From positions 48,348 through 112,347 of the forward strand of contig JAPLWK010000010.1 of assembly GCA_026396615.1 (NCBI GenBank): 64,000 bases of DNA, read 5' to 3'. The notes beneath the pieces were generated by a model. The model searched no databases. It worked only from the letters and a program-made list of their open reading frames with translations, and had not been told where the DNA came from. The stretch is from a candidate division WWE3 bacterium. Lineage in GTDB: Bacteria > Patescibacteriota > WWE3 > JAPLWK01. Positions 30,952 to 40,560 of the stretch are shown in pieces. A program made the position numbers and the translations under genes. The number at the start of each line of letters is the position of its first letter. Position 1 is the first letter of the stretch.

Positions 30952-32630
30952 CACATAGAAAATTTAAATTATCATTAGTTTTTATTATTTTTGTCATCGG
31001 AATAATATTACGGGTATCTTATCTTCGACATGGTTTACCAGATTTTGAAGTTGATGATGAGGGTAAGTTTGCTAATCCGGCGATGACAATAACCTTTAAC
31101 CTACCTAATTTACTAAAGACCCGTAATTTAGAATTACTGAACACAGATTATTTTTATCCGCACCCACATGGCTTAACAAACACATTGGTCGTTGTATTTT
31201 CCGCTGTTACCGGGTTCTACAAATTAAGTGGAGTTGGTTCCCGCGTTCTCTCTCACGCGGATTTTATTTTTGTGGCTCGGCTGTTTATCGCTGTGGTTAG
31301 CGGATTTATACCACTGGTAATTTTTTGGTTACTTAAGAAGATATCGGGATTTAAAACTGCGATTATCGGGCTTTTAATTTCGGCACTTGGCTACTATTTT
31401 ATCTACTATTCTCACGTCGTATCGCCGTACCCGATCTGCGCTTTACTAGTGTCGTTGTTCCTATGGCGGTTTTATGAATTCATCGTTCAACCAAATCGGC
31501 GAAATTGGATATTTACTTCAATTGCATTAGGCTTAGTAGCTGGATTTAACTTTGGGGTGATAGTTTTTGCTATTCCAATCGGTCTAACTCTAATTTATTT
31601 GTGTTTAAATCAAGCCTTATCTCTAAAGAAAACAATTATATATTCCTTAGCGATGGGTCTAATCGTGGGTTTGGGATTTTTAATAATCTCGCCCCTGTCG
31701 GTTGTAAATTTTAGGATTACTTTAGCGGCTTTGAGTAACGTCTCTAACCTGCAAAATATCGGAGCGCCAAGCAGCGGTAAACTCCCGACTATTCTTGAAT
31801 ATTTTCTGGGGGTAAATCCGGAAATCATAAGCCTTCAGTTTTTGCGTCCGTATTCGATGGTTAATGCCTTTGGTTTACCGTTTGCAGTCTTGTCTTTGTT
31901 GTCGCTAGTCATTGCTTTGTTCTCTAAAAATATTTTTAGAATCTTTTTGAGTTTATCTTTTATATGCGCTTTGGCTTTTTACAGCAGTCATGGCAGCACT
32001 AATCTTCGCTGGCTGTTGCCATTTTTGCCCATTGTTGTCGTTTTAATGACGCTAAGTATTGCTGATTTTTCTAATTTGTTACGAAGTCAACGAGTCCTGA
32101 TTGCGTTAGTAATCGTGGGAGTTGTTTTATGCACCTCCTTATGGCAAGTCGCTTTCTTTTTACGATCGCATTCACTTCCTGACACCCGAGAATTAGCGCT
32201 ACAATCAATTAGGGGGGAGATATCCAAAGACGCGATTATTTTAAGACCATCATTTGATTCTCCGCCGATTTGGAAATATGGGTACGCAAATAATTTTGTA
32301 ATAAATCACCCCACGTATGGGTCTTCATCACAGGAGCAATTACCACCGGTACTATCCGATGTGTTTTGCGGGTTTAGTACCCTGAATAAAGAACGTTACC
32401 TTATTACAGTTGGAAGTGCCGCTAATTACGTAATCACGTCGCCTAGTTATTCTAACGAACATCCCATGACGGCAGGGATTTGGAAGAAATTTTATTCAAA
32501 TATCACGACTTGGCCTAAGGTTGGTCTTTTCTCACCAACGCTTGCTTCACCTATGACCGGAACTGAGGTAGGTGTCTACAAAGTGCCTAAAGACTTTTGT
32601 GGCCCTGAAACTTTTCTTTGCACCATTTAA
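30948..32630 (+). CDS. GT-C (PMT_2-like) membrane glycosyltransferase
   Basis: HGLP..VDDEG, NTDYFYPHPHG, DTRE; paralog of 13344..15119. Confidence 0.8.
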   Translation: MTHRKFKLSLVFIIFVIGIILRVSYLRHGLPDFEVDDEGKFANPAMTITFNLPNLLKTRNLELLNTDYFYPHPHGLTNTLVVVFSAVTGFYKLSGVGSRVLSHADFIFVARLFIAVVSGFIPLVIFWLLKKISGFKTAIIGLLISALGYYFIYYSHVVSPYPICALLVSLFLWRFYEFIVQPNRRNWIFTSIALGLVAGFNFGVIVFAIPIGLTLIYLCLNQALSLKKTIIYSLAMGLIVGLGFLIISPLSVVNFRITLAALSNVSNLQNIGAPSSGKLPTILEYFLGVNPEIISLQFLRPYSMVNAFGLPFAVLSLLSLVIALFSKNIFRIFLSLSFICALAFYSSHGSTNLRWLLPFLPIVVVLMTLSIADFSNLLRSQRVLIALVIVGVVLCTSLWQVAFFLRSHSLPDTRELALQSIRGEISKDAIILRPSFDSPPIWKYGYANNFVINHPTYGSSSQEQLPPVLSDVFCGFSTLNKERYLITVGSAANYVITSPSYSNEHPMTAGIWKKFYSNITTWPKVGLFSPTLASPMTGTEVGVYKVPKDFCGPETFLCTI

Positions 32631-34620
32631 TTTTTGGTATTAAAAAAATTACCAAAAGAATTATTGTCCAAATTAGTGTTATAACAAGACCAGCTAGATA
32701 GCTGCTATAGATCCACTTAGGAATATTTACTGAGACAGTGGCAACACCCCCTATAATTTTGTAGATGTAAACTATGGGAAGAGGTTTAAATCCAATATCC
32801 TCCTCCATATGGTTACCGGAGGTTGGCCATTTTATAATCTTTATTAATAATAATTGATCTTTTAAAAACTTTGGGAGGTTGCTTGTAATTTCCTCTGTTG
32901 TTACCAATAACGTCGTACCTTGCGATTTAAGATAATCTAGATAATTACTACTAATACTTGGTGCCTCGTATTTATTTGTTATAGCTTGAATATATGAATT
33001 ACTCCAGTAGCTTTTATCAACAAATACAGAAGGCCACAGTGGAACACTAGCCGCAATTAAATTATTAATAACAAAGGAGTTAATTGGACAAACGCTAAAT
33101 GTTGGAAAACAGTCAACCACAGTTAATTTAGGAAAGTTTTTGTTAATAAATTCCAGATGTGGGTAATCATAAAGTGTGTTAATTTTTACTGTTGGAAATC
33201 TTTCTGATAAAGCGACTCTCTCACCCGGTGCGGCATAATAAATTCCGTATGGTAAATATTTACCAAGAATTATAATCGGCGGACTGATAACACCCCAAGT
33301 TTCTCCAAATATTAATAAGGCTACTATAACGCCAGCTAAGCTAGCCAATATTATATTTTTCTTCTTAAGAAATTCGTTGACAACGACTATTAATAGCTCA
33401 ACTCCAAATCCTGATAATAAAGCTATTAAAGAGATTAAAAGAGCGTAGTTTGACGGGGCAATTCCTGATTGGCTAAATAATGGGTAGAATTTATTTAAGA
33501 GTCCGTAGATCGGTGTTTTAATACCTATTAAAATATATAATCCAAATAAGAAAAGTATAAATAACATTTGCAAACGATAACGTTTTAAAAAAATTGCCCC
33601 CAAACTAATTACGGCAAGAAAAATTGCAATATATCCAGGACTAAACCGCCTTTGATTTGTTTGATAGTTAGCTGGCAGTATTGTATTTTTAAAATCATTA
33701 AAACTAGTAATACCTACGGATCGCCAATCTTTTGTGACATCTCTGGTTAAGCTTGTATTTGACGTGAATGATTTAAGCTTATAAGATGGCCAGATTTCTA
33801 TTGCGTTGGACATAAAAATTGAAACTGCAACTATTGCTATAGTTAAAATTACTAGAACAATATTTTTTCGGTCCTTCAAAAATATATACACTAAATATGT
33901 AATAACAATTATTACTATAGCTAAAGAAGAATACACAAAGACGTTTGGTTGAAAGTTAATAATGTTTGAGGCGACCCAACCGGATAACATTGCATAGATA
34001 ACAGATTTTCTTAGACAGTTTATATTTTGTAATGCTTCTAATATAAATAGAAAGCACCATGGTAACCAGCTATAGGCAAAAATATAGCCTATATAAGCAT
34101 TAGTTCCTAGTTTAGAGATAGTCCATTCATTAAACATAAAAACCACAGCCGTGCATATAGCAGCGCCGCTACTAATTTTTAGTTTCTTGGCGAGTAAAAA
34201 AGCGCCAACTCCTGCTAGAATAAAATGGATTAATAGCAGAATGTTAAAGGCGGTATAAGGTTCCAAGATTAAAAATAGGGAAGCAAAAGGGTAATGTAAT
34301 GCGGTTAAAGGATTTCCAAGTGCGGGGACACCGGTTAAGACATGGTTATTCCAAAGAGGTATTAAACCTTGCTTTATAGAATCTCGGTAAACAATGTAAT
34401 TTTGAATAAAATCAAACTGAGCATCCCTTTGGGTAATGGTTACGCCACGGGTAAAAAACGGATCGGCTAAAAATAATAGGCTAAGACCAGCGATTACGAT
34501 TAGGTAAAATTTATTTTTCCAGATAACTTGTCTGATTGAGATTAGCAATATCACGAAGACTATGATCGGAATTAAAATTAATTCGGAGATACCTAAAATC
34601 TGGAAAATGCTTGATAACAC
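32587..34620 (-). CDS. YfhO-like GT-C membrane protein
   Basis: PLWN..LTGVP..GNP...YP, FMFN, WLP motifs; visibly more AT-rich than neighbours. Confidence 0.75.
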   Translation of the reverse strand: MLSSIFQILGISELILIPIIVFVILLISIRQVIWKNKFYLIVIAGLSLLFLADPFFTRGVTITQRDAQFDFIQNYIVYRDSIKQGLIPLWNNHVLTGVPALGNPLTALHYPFASLFLILEPYTAFNILLLIHFILAGVGAFLLAKKLKISSGAAICTAVVFMFNEWTISKLGTNAYIGYIFAYSWLPWCFLFILEALQNINCLRKSVIYAMLSGWVASNIINFQPNVFVYSSLAIVIIVITYLVYIFLKDRKNIVLVILTIAIVAVSIFMSNAIEIWPSYKLKSFTSNTSLTRDVTKDWRSVGITSFNDFKNTILPANYQTNQRRFSPGYIAIFLAVISLGAIFLKRYRLQMLFILFLFGLYILIGIKTPIYGLLNKFYPLFSQSGIAPSNYALLISLIALLSGFGVELLIVVVNEFLKKKNIILASLAGVIVALLIFGETWGVISPPIIILGKYLPYGIYYAAPGERVALSERFPTVKINTLYDYPHLEFINKNFPKLTVVDCFPTFSVCPINSFVINNLIAASVPLWPSVFVDKSYWSNSYIQAITNKYEAPSISSNYLDYLKSQGTTLLVTTEEITSNLPKFLKDQLLLIKIIKWPTSGNHMEEDIGFKPLPIVYIYKIIGGVATVSVNIPKWIYSSYLAGLVITLIWTIILLVIFLIPKIKWCKEKFQGHKSL

Positions 34621-34715
34621 AAGATAATACTACCACTAAGTTGCTTTTCTAGTCCATATTTTTAAATAGATAACAGAGTTTAATTATTGCTATAATATGC
34701 TGTTAACATTAATAA

Positions 34716-36920
34716 ATGACTAGAGTTATTAGCATTAAAAATTTAGTAAGGAAGTTTTTAGCTTTGTTACCTTTTGGTATTTTGCTAACTTTCGGAGTGG
34801 TAATTTTTAAGGTTTCCACAAGGCTTCTTTTTTATAAATACGCCACATTCCAAACAAGTAAATTTGATCTAGGTATAATGGCCCAAACAGTTTGGAACAC
34901 CGCGCATGGTCGGTTTTTTGAATTTACCGATCATTTTGGGACAAACATGTCTCAAGCCGCCACTCACACCGATTATTTAATGGTAATCTTCGCACCTCTT
35001 TTTTGGATTTGGAACGATCCTCGAGTACTTCTAGTAGCTCAAGCACTATTATTAACATCTTCCGTTATTCCCATATATCTTCTGATTAAAATAAAGACAA
35101 AATCTAATTGGCTTGGATTAATTTGGGGAATTATCTTTTTGGTTTACCCGGCTGTCGCCTTTTTACTTCTGTCCGACTTTCACAGCGTTACCTTAGTGAT
35201 TCCATTATTCATTTGGGCCTTTTATTTTTTAGAAAAGAATTGGCTGATACCGTTTTTGATTGTTATTGGTCTTGCTTTGTTTGGCAAGGAAGAAATATCA
35301 TTAATCGTTATATTTTTTGGGCTTTACATTGCCTTTTTTCGTCATAGAAAACATTTAGGACTGGCGGTAATTACTTGCGGAATCTTGTGGGCCATCGTTA
35401 CTTTTGGTTTAATTATTCCTTCGTATGGCGGAATTCGTGAAAAGAGCTTCACTAGCTTTACAAACTACGCGTTGAGCGATCAATCTGAAATGTTTCGCAC
35501 CGGTAACTCACAAAATTTCTTCTTAAATCGTTACGATCAGTTCGGCGATTCATATACGAATATTGCCTGGAATATCATTTCTAATCCAAAAAATACGCTT
35601 AGCGTTTTAATATCTTCTGAAAATAGAGACTATTTATTTAAAGTATTTGGTCCCCTAATTTTTATTCCAGCATTAAATTTACCAATTATTTTAATTACTT
35701 TGCCTGAGTTTGCCATTAACCTGCTTAGTAACAACTCTGCCATGAAAGGAATTAAACTGCAGTATATTTCATCAATTATTCCATTTTTATTTGTATCCTC
35801 TATTTTTTTCATAGCTTATCTAAAAAAGAGAGTACCTGGTAAGTTCTCATTGGTCTCTGTTTATTCCATCTCGCTTGTAGTTTTGGTAGCCTCTCTGTGG
35901 GCTTCTAGTAGGTTTAATAGTCCTTTATGGCCTTATTTAGAACATGGCGGGCCACTAATAAAGCTGGTTAGCTTCGTGAATAATTATTTTGATCACAATA
36001 ACGGTTTAGCCAACACATCAGCCATTGAGTCTACAGATGAAAGCAATTTGAATATATCTCAAACTTCAGGGTTACCTGGAGGTGCAGGCACTTCGGATAA
36101 TGCTAATTTGGTAGTAGTAAAAATAAAGACTAGTATTGGTAATTCCTATGAAGGCTTAGGTTTTAGTAATCCTAAGGATAGTGACACGGCGGAATATACG
36201 ATAAAACAAATTCCGGAAAAGGCCTCTGTTTCGGCGCCTAATTTCTTGGGAGCTCAATTATCGCTAAGACCTTCCTTAGCCCTCTTTCCAGCTAATTATA
36301 AAGATGCTGATGATGTAGTGGTAGACTTGGCTTCTGATCAAGTTTTACATTCGGTTGATAATTTTAACATTACCCCTCTAATACCAAAGTTTGTAAGTGA
36401 TCTTCTAAGTAATAATTCTTATCAAATTAAATACTTTGGTAACAGCTTAATTTTGTTTGAAAAGTCTTCATCTAATAATAATTTTAAAAAAGGCCTTGAT
36501 TTTAATATAGAAGTTTTAGACACCGGAAGTTATTTAAAAGGATCGGAGATCAGTTACAACTCTGGATTGTCTTTACAGGACCCGTTATTTCCAGATCAAC
36601 TCCTCATAAATTCTGATAATAAAATCACGCAAGTTTGGGCGATTAACCGGTATTTTAGCAATAAGCCGCTTATAATTACGACTAGTTTAGTCAATAAAGA
36701 GTCTCGAAAGGTTTTTCAACTGGTTAATTTAGCCAGTTATTCCCTAAATAAGACCGATACTTGGGATGCTGAGCATGTTTACAAAGAAACTCTAAATTTT
36801 AAAATTCCGAGTTTTGTGGCGCCTGGAAATTACGACTTAGTGGTTGGAATTAGTGATTTTGATAATAAAAACATAATTGAAGCCCGTTATATTAAAGAAG
36901 TTGTAGTAGTTACTCCTTAA
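34716..36920 (+). CDS. DUF2079 family GT-C-like membrane protein with a C-terminal beta-sandwich domain
   Basis: FDLGIMAQTVWNT, DFH, KEE, QY motifs; C-terminal VAPGNYDLVVG. Confidence 0.8.
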   Translation: MTRVISIKNLVRKFLALLPFGILLTFGVVIFKVSTRLLFYKYATFQTSKFDLGIMAQTVWNTAHGRFFEFTDHFGTNMSQAATHTDYLMVIFAPLFWIWNDPRVLLVAQALLLTSSVIPIYLLIKIKTKSNWLGLIWGIIFLVYPAVAFLLLSDFHSVTLVIPLFIWAFYFLEKNWLIPFLIVIGLALFGKEEISLIVIFFGLYIAFFRHRKHLGLAVITCGILWAIVTFGLIIPSYGGIREKSFTSFTNYALSDQSEMFRTGNSQNFFLNRYDQFGDSYTNIAWNIISNPKNTLSVLISSENRDYLFKVFGPLIFIPALNLPIILITLPEFAINLLSNNSAMKGIKLQYISSIIPFLFVSSIFFIAYLKKRVPGKFSLVSVYSISLVVLVASLWASSRFNSPLWPYLEHGGPLIKLVSFVNNYFDHNNGLANTSAIESTDESNLNISQTSGLPGGAGTSDNANLVVVKIKTSIGNSYEGLGFSNPKDSDTAEYTIKQIPEKASVSAPNFLGAQLSLRPSLALFPANYKDADDVVVDLASDQVLHSVDNFNITPLIPKFVSDLLSNNSYQIKYFGNSLILFEKSSSNNNFKKGLDFNIEVLDTGSYLKGSEISYNSGLSLQDPLFPDQLLINSDNKITQVWAINRYFSNKPLIITTSLVNKESRKVFQLVNLASYSLNKTDTWDAEHVYKETLNFKIPSFVAPGNYDLVVGISDFDNKNIIEARYIKEVVVVTP

Positions 36921-36988
36921 CCGTTAGAAGCAGACTAGTATTTCATGATAGACTATAGCTTAGTTGTACTCCTTTGGAACTTTTAAAT

Positions 36989-38488
36989 ATGGTCTATTTT
37001 CTTATTTTCTTAGCCACACTTTTTCCTCGAGTTTATAAAATAGGTTTTGATTTATTCAACACTGATGCCTTCTTTTGGAAAGAGAATACCTATAATTTCA
37101 TTGGTTTATTTGCTGATCACAGGTTTGCCGACATGGCCATCACCCACCACCCTGGCGTAACACTCATGTGGCTGGGAGGAATCGGGATGAAGATTTTTCG
37201 GGGCTTGTACTTTGTTGTCAAACATGTGCCGGCTCCAAATACTCAAGCCGTCGTTTTGTGGACAAACTTCTCCCAGAATTTACCGATCGCGCTTGTTTGC
37301 ACTGGGGCCGTCGCCGTCTCTTACTATTTAATCAAGCGGCTCTTTAATAATCAGCGTTTAGCTTTGGTTACGTCACTTCTGCTGGCGACTGAGCCGTGGT
37401 TGGTGGCTCATAGCCGAGTTTACAATACTGACGCTTTGATGACGTCTTTTATGTTTTTGTCGGTCTTAACTTTGTGGTTGGCTTTGTTGGAAACTAAATA
37501 CATTAAATGGGCGGTACTTAGTGGCGTCTTTGCTGGTCTCGCTTTGTTGACCAAAAGTATCTCGTTATTTTTAATTCCGTTTTTACTGTTAAGTGTTGGG
37601 GCATTTGTAATCTTTAAGAAGTTGTCAATTAAGAAGGCCATGACCATCGTGTCGACCGTTGTTGCAGCATGCGTGGCAACGTTTTTAGTCGTCTGGCCGG
37701 CGATGTGGACGAGTCCTGTGTCGACATTAAAGCTTTACTGGAACGGGATCTTCTTAGAAGGGGATACTCGGCTTAATTTACATAACATGTTTGGGCATCC
37801 AACCATGAACCCAGGGCCGATTTTTTACCCATTAGCTTTTCTATTAAGATTTACTCCAGAATTAATTGCCGCTTTTGCTATTGGCTTGATACTCTTGATA
37901 AAGAGGATTAATAGGAGAGAAGGAGACAAAGATGAAACCAGTTTGTTTTTATTACTATCTTTAGGATTTATAGTTTTCTATATGTTAGAAATATCGCTGG
38001 CAACTAAAAAATTGGATCGGTATTTGCTGCCGGTTGTTCCCTTCGTCGCCTTAATTGCGAGTTACGCTTTTGTGCAGCTAAAAAAGAAAATATTATTAAT
38101 TGTTTTAGGGGTAATATTAGCAATAAGGGTAATTGTTTTGGGTATATATCAACCGGACTATTTGGCTTATTATAACCCACTGCTTGGCGGTCCCACCGCT
38201 GGCTATAACTTTGATGGTGAATGGTGGGGAGAGGGGTATCACTTGGTTGGAAGTTGGATTAATGAGAAGTTAGAAGTTAGAGCGGTAGCGGCTTACGATA
38301 ATCGCCAACTGCGCCCTTTTGTTAAAGATAATATTGCAGTTTATGATGCTGGCGATAAAAAATTGGATGCTAATAAGGTTGATTTATGGGTATTAAAATA
38401 CAAAGATGGTGGTCGACAAGGTTTTCAGATTATAGATACTGTTAGCGTGGCTGGTTATCCGATGTGGGGAATTTACAAAAAGATTTAA
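36989..38488 (+). CDS. GT-C (PMT_2-like) membrane glycosyltransferase
   Basis: NTDA, HHPGVT, KKLDRY, YYNPLLGG, WWGEG; start ATG 36989 or TTG 36974. Confidence 0.82.
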   Translation: MVYFLIFLATLFPRVYKIGFDLFNTDAFFWKENTYNFIGLFADHRFADMAITHHPGVTLMWLGGIGMKIFRGLYFVVKHVPAPNTQAVVLWTNFSQNLPIALVCTGAVAVSYYLIKRLFNNQRLALVTSLLLATEPWLVAHSRVYNTDALMTSFMFLSVLTLWLALLETKYIKWAVLSGVFAGLALLTKSISLFLIPFLLLSVGAFVIFKKLSIKKAMTIVSTVVAACVATFLVVWPAMWTSPVSTLKLYWNGIFLEGDTRLNLHNMFGHPTMNPGPIFYPLAFLLRFTPELIAAFAIGLILLIKRINRREGDKDETSLFLLLSLGFIVFYMLEISLATKKLDRYLLPVVPFVALIASYAFVQLKKKILLIVLGVILAIRVIVLGIYQPDYLAYYNPLLGGPTAGYNFDGEWWGEGYHLVGSWINEKLEVRAVAAYDNRQLRPFVKDNIAVYDAGDKKLDANKVDLWVLKYKDGGRQGFQIIDTVSVAGYPMWGIYKKI

Positions 38489-38491
38489 TAT

Positions 38492-39697
38492 ATGCGAATT
38501 ATCTGTTTATCAAATCAGCTCTGGGACTGGCCGCTGTGGACTAATAAGCGGCAAGTTATGTCTAGGCTTGCGAACCTGGGGCATGAAGTCATCTTCGTGG
38601 ATCCACCGATTAGGCTGCAGAAATTAGCGAAACAAATTAGTGAAGGAAAGTGGTCAGGCCAACGTCTTTTGACCGGGTCAAGAATTGTGAAAACAGAGTT
38701 TGGGGAAAACAAAGAAGTCTTAAATTACACTCCGATAACATTGTCATATTCTGAAGATCCAAATTTGGTTAGTTTTAATGTGGATCGGATAAATCGGTTG
38801 CGGGTTCAGCAGGTTGAACCCCTACGGTTGGGTCTAGATATGACTCAAGAAAAGACGGTGCTGTGGGTTTATAACGTTTCGATGCGCGAGTATGTTGATA
38901 AAATACCACATGATTACTTAATTTATGATTGCGTTGATAATTATCCGGCGATGGCGAATTATCAGCGGTTAGGATTGTCGGAAGCCGTCGCTAGTTGGGA
39001 AATTGAACTTGCCAAAAAGTCAGACCTGGTTTTTACATCAGCGCCCGGTCTTAAAAAGCGATTAAGCCAAATTAATCCAAAAACGTTCTTTATTCCTAAC
39101 GCTGGCAATTATGAATTATTCTCGTCCGCCAGTCGAGAGCGCACGCCAATGCCGCCAAGCCTTGAAAATATACCCAGGCCGATTATTGGGTTTACGGGAA
39201 CGATTGATGATTACAAGGTCGATGTTGAATTAGTAATCAAAGCGGCGAAGGCATTACCTAATTACTCGTTCGTTATTATCGGTCCGCATGGTGAGGCTGA
39301 TAAATCACCAGATCTTAAAAAGTTGACAGTCCTACCAAACATTCACCTACTACCACAAGTAAAATACGACGATCAAGTGCCTTTCTACACTTATTTTGAT
39401 GCTTTTATTATCCCGTACAGACTTAATGACTATACTATTGAGGGCTGCTTCCCCATAAAATTCTGTGATGCGCTGTCGTCCGGTCTTCCGGTTGTCGTCA
39501 CCAATTTGCCGGCTTACGCTGATTTTAAAGATGTTTGCTATATTGGAGACTCTGATGAAGAGTTTGTTAAAATGATAAAGCAGGCAGTTGACGAAAATTC
39601 CGAAGAGCGTTGTGAGTCGCGTCGCGCGATTGCCAAGCAGAATTCTTGGGATGGAAAAGTGGCCCGTCAGTTAAATATTATCAGTGAGAATCTATGA
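38492..39697 (+). CDS. GT-B glycosyltransferase (TuaH-like, GT4/GT1 group)
   Basis: W..LWTNKRQ, IYDCVD, RPIIGFTG, FPIK...SGLPVV. Confidence 0.85.
   Translation: MRIICLSNQLWDWPLWTNKRQVMSRLANLGHEVIFVDPPIRLQKLAKQISEGKWSGQRLLTGSRIVKTEFGENKEVLNYTPITLSYSEDPNLVSFNVDRINRLRVQQVEPLRLGLDMTQEKTVLWVYNVSMREYVDKIPHDYLIYDCVDNYPAMANYQRLGLSEAVASWEIELAKKSDLVFTSAPGLKKRLSQINPKTFFIPNAGNYELFSSASRERTPMPPSLENIPRPIIGFTGTIDDYKVDVELVIKAAKALPNYSFVIIGPHGEADKSPDLKKLTVLPNIHLLPQVKYDDQVPFYTYFDAFIIPYRLNDYTIEGCFPIKFCDALSSGLPVVVTNLPAYADFKDVCYIGDSDEEFVKMIKQAVDENSEERCESRRAIAKQNSWDGKVARQLNIISENL
38802..38821 (+). repeat. In-frame palindromic mini-element GGGTTCAGCAGGTTGAACCC flanked by CGGTTG direct repeats
   Basis: CGGTTG at 38795 and 38825 (30 nt apart) bracket the palindrome. 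Confidence 0.55.
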
Positions 39698-40425
39698 GGC
39701 GACTTGAAATTGACATGCCGGTTTATAACGAAGAAGTAGATTTGCCGAAGAATATTCCGGTTTTATATGATTTTTGCGTTGCTAATTTACAGAATTATGA
39801 TTGGTCAATTAAGATTGTTGACAATGCTTCCAAAGATAACACTTGGAATGTCGTTTCTGAGTTGTCACTAAAGTATCTCGGGAAAGTAAGCGGTCTTAAA
39901 CTTGATCGCAAGGGTCGAGGTTGGGCGTTGCGACAAGCGTGGACGACGTCTAAGGCTGACTATGTATCCTACATGGACATTGACTTGTCTTCAGACCTCG
40001 CGACTTTTCCGAAACTGCTCCGTCTTTTGGATGACGGGTACGATATGGCTGTCGGGTCCCGAAACATGCGAGAGTCCGAAGTCATCGGTCGAACGCTGCT
40101 GCGAGAAATCATGTCACGGACTTACATTACCCTCGTTAAATTAATGCATGGCACGCATGTTTCCGATACCCAGTGTGGTTTTAAGGCCTTACGCCGCAGT
40201 GCTTTCATAAAAGTTGAGCCGGTGATTGAAAATAATTTGTGGTTTTTTGATTCGGAAATGGTGATTTTGTTTGAAAAAGTGAGCTTTAAAGTCAAAGATG
40301 TTCCGATCAAATGGGTTGATGACCGTCATACTACGGTAAAAATTGCCAAGGACTCTTACGAGGAATTTAGCGGTCTTACGCGTCTTCTTAGAACTAAACC
40401 TTGGAAGGCTTTAACAACTTCATAA
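39694..40425 (+). CDS. GT2 dolichyl/polyprenyl-phosphate glucose synthase-like (ALG5-like)
   Basis: PVYNEE, DNASKD, KGRG.ALR, YMDIDLS, DTQCGFK, WFFDSE. Confidence 0.88.
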   Translation: MRRLEIDMPVYNEEVDLPKNIPVLYDFCVANLQNYDWSIKIVDNASKDNTWNVVSELSLKYLGKVSGLKLDRKGRGWALRQAWTTSKADYVSYMDIDLSSDLATFPKLLRLLDDGYDMAVGSRNMRESEVIGRTLLREIMSRTYITLVKLMHGTHVSDTQCGFKALRRSAFIKVEPVIENNLWFFDSEMVILFEKVSFKVKDVPIKWVDDRHTTVKIAKDSYEEFSGLTRLLRTKPWKALTTS

Positions 40426-40560
40426 ACACGCTATTGACCTTAGGTCTCATCGGATTAAAACTAATACACAGATTCAACTGCCTCAAATATAAATTTCACT
40501 GCCCGTGAAAAAGTATTTTTTGTTGCGCTCTGACTTTTTAGTCGGTGCCTTATTTATTGT

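Noticed and set aside
40426-40560. NrdR box or riboswitch upstream of nrdD
   Set aside because: I found no convincing match to the NrdR palindrome or to a known aptamer by eye.
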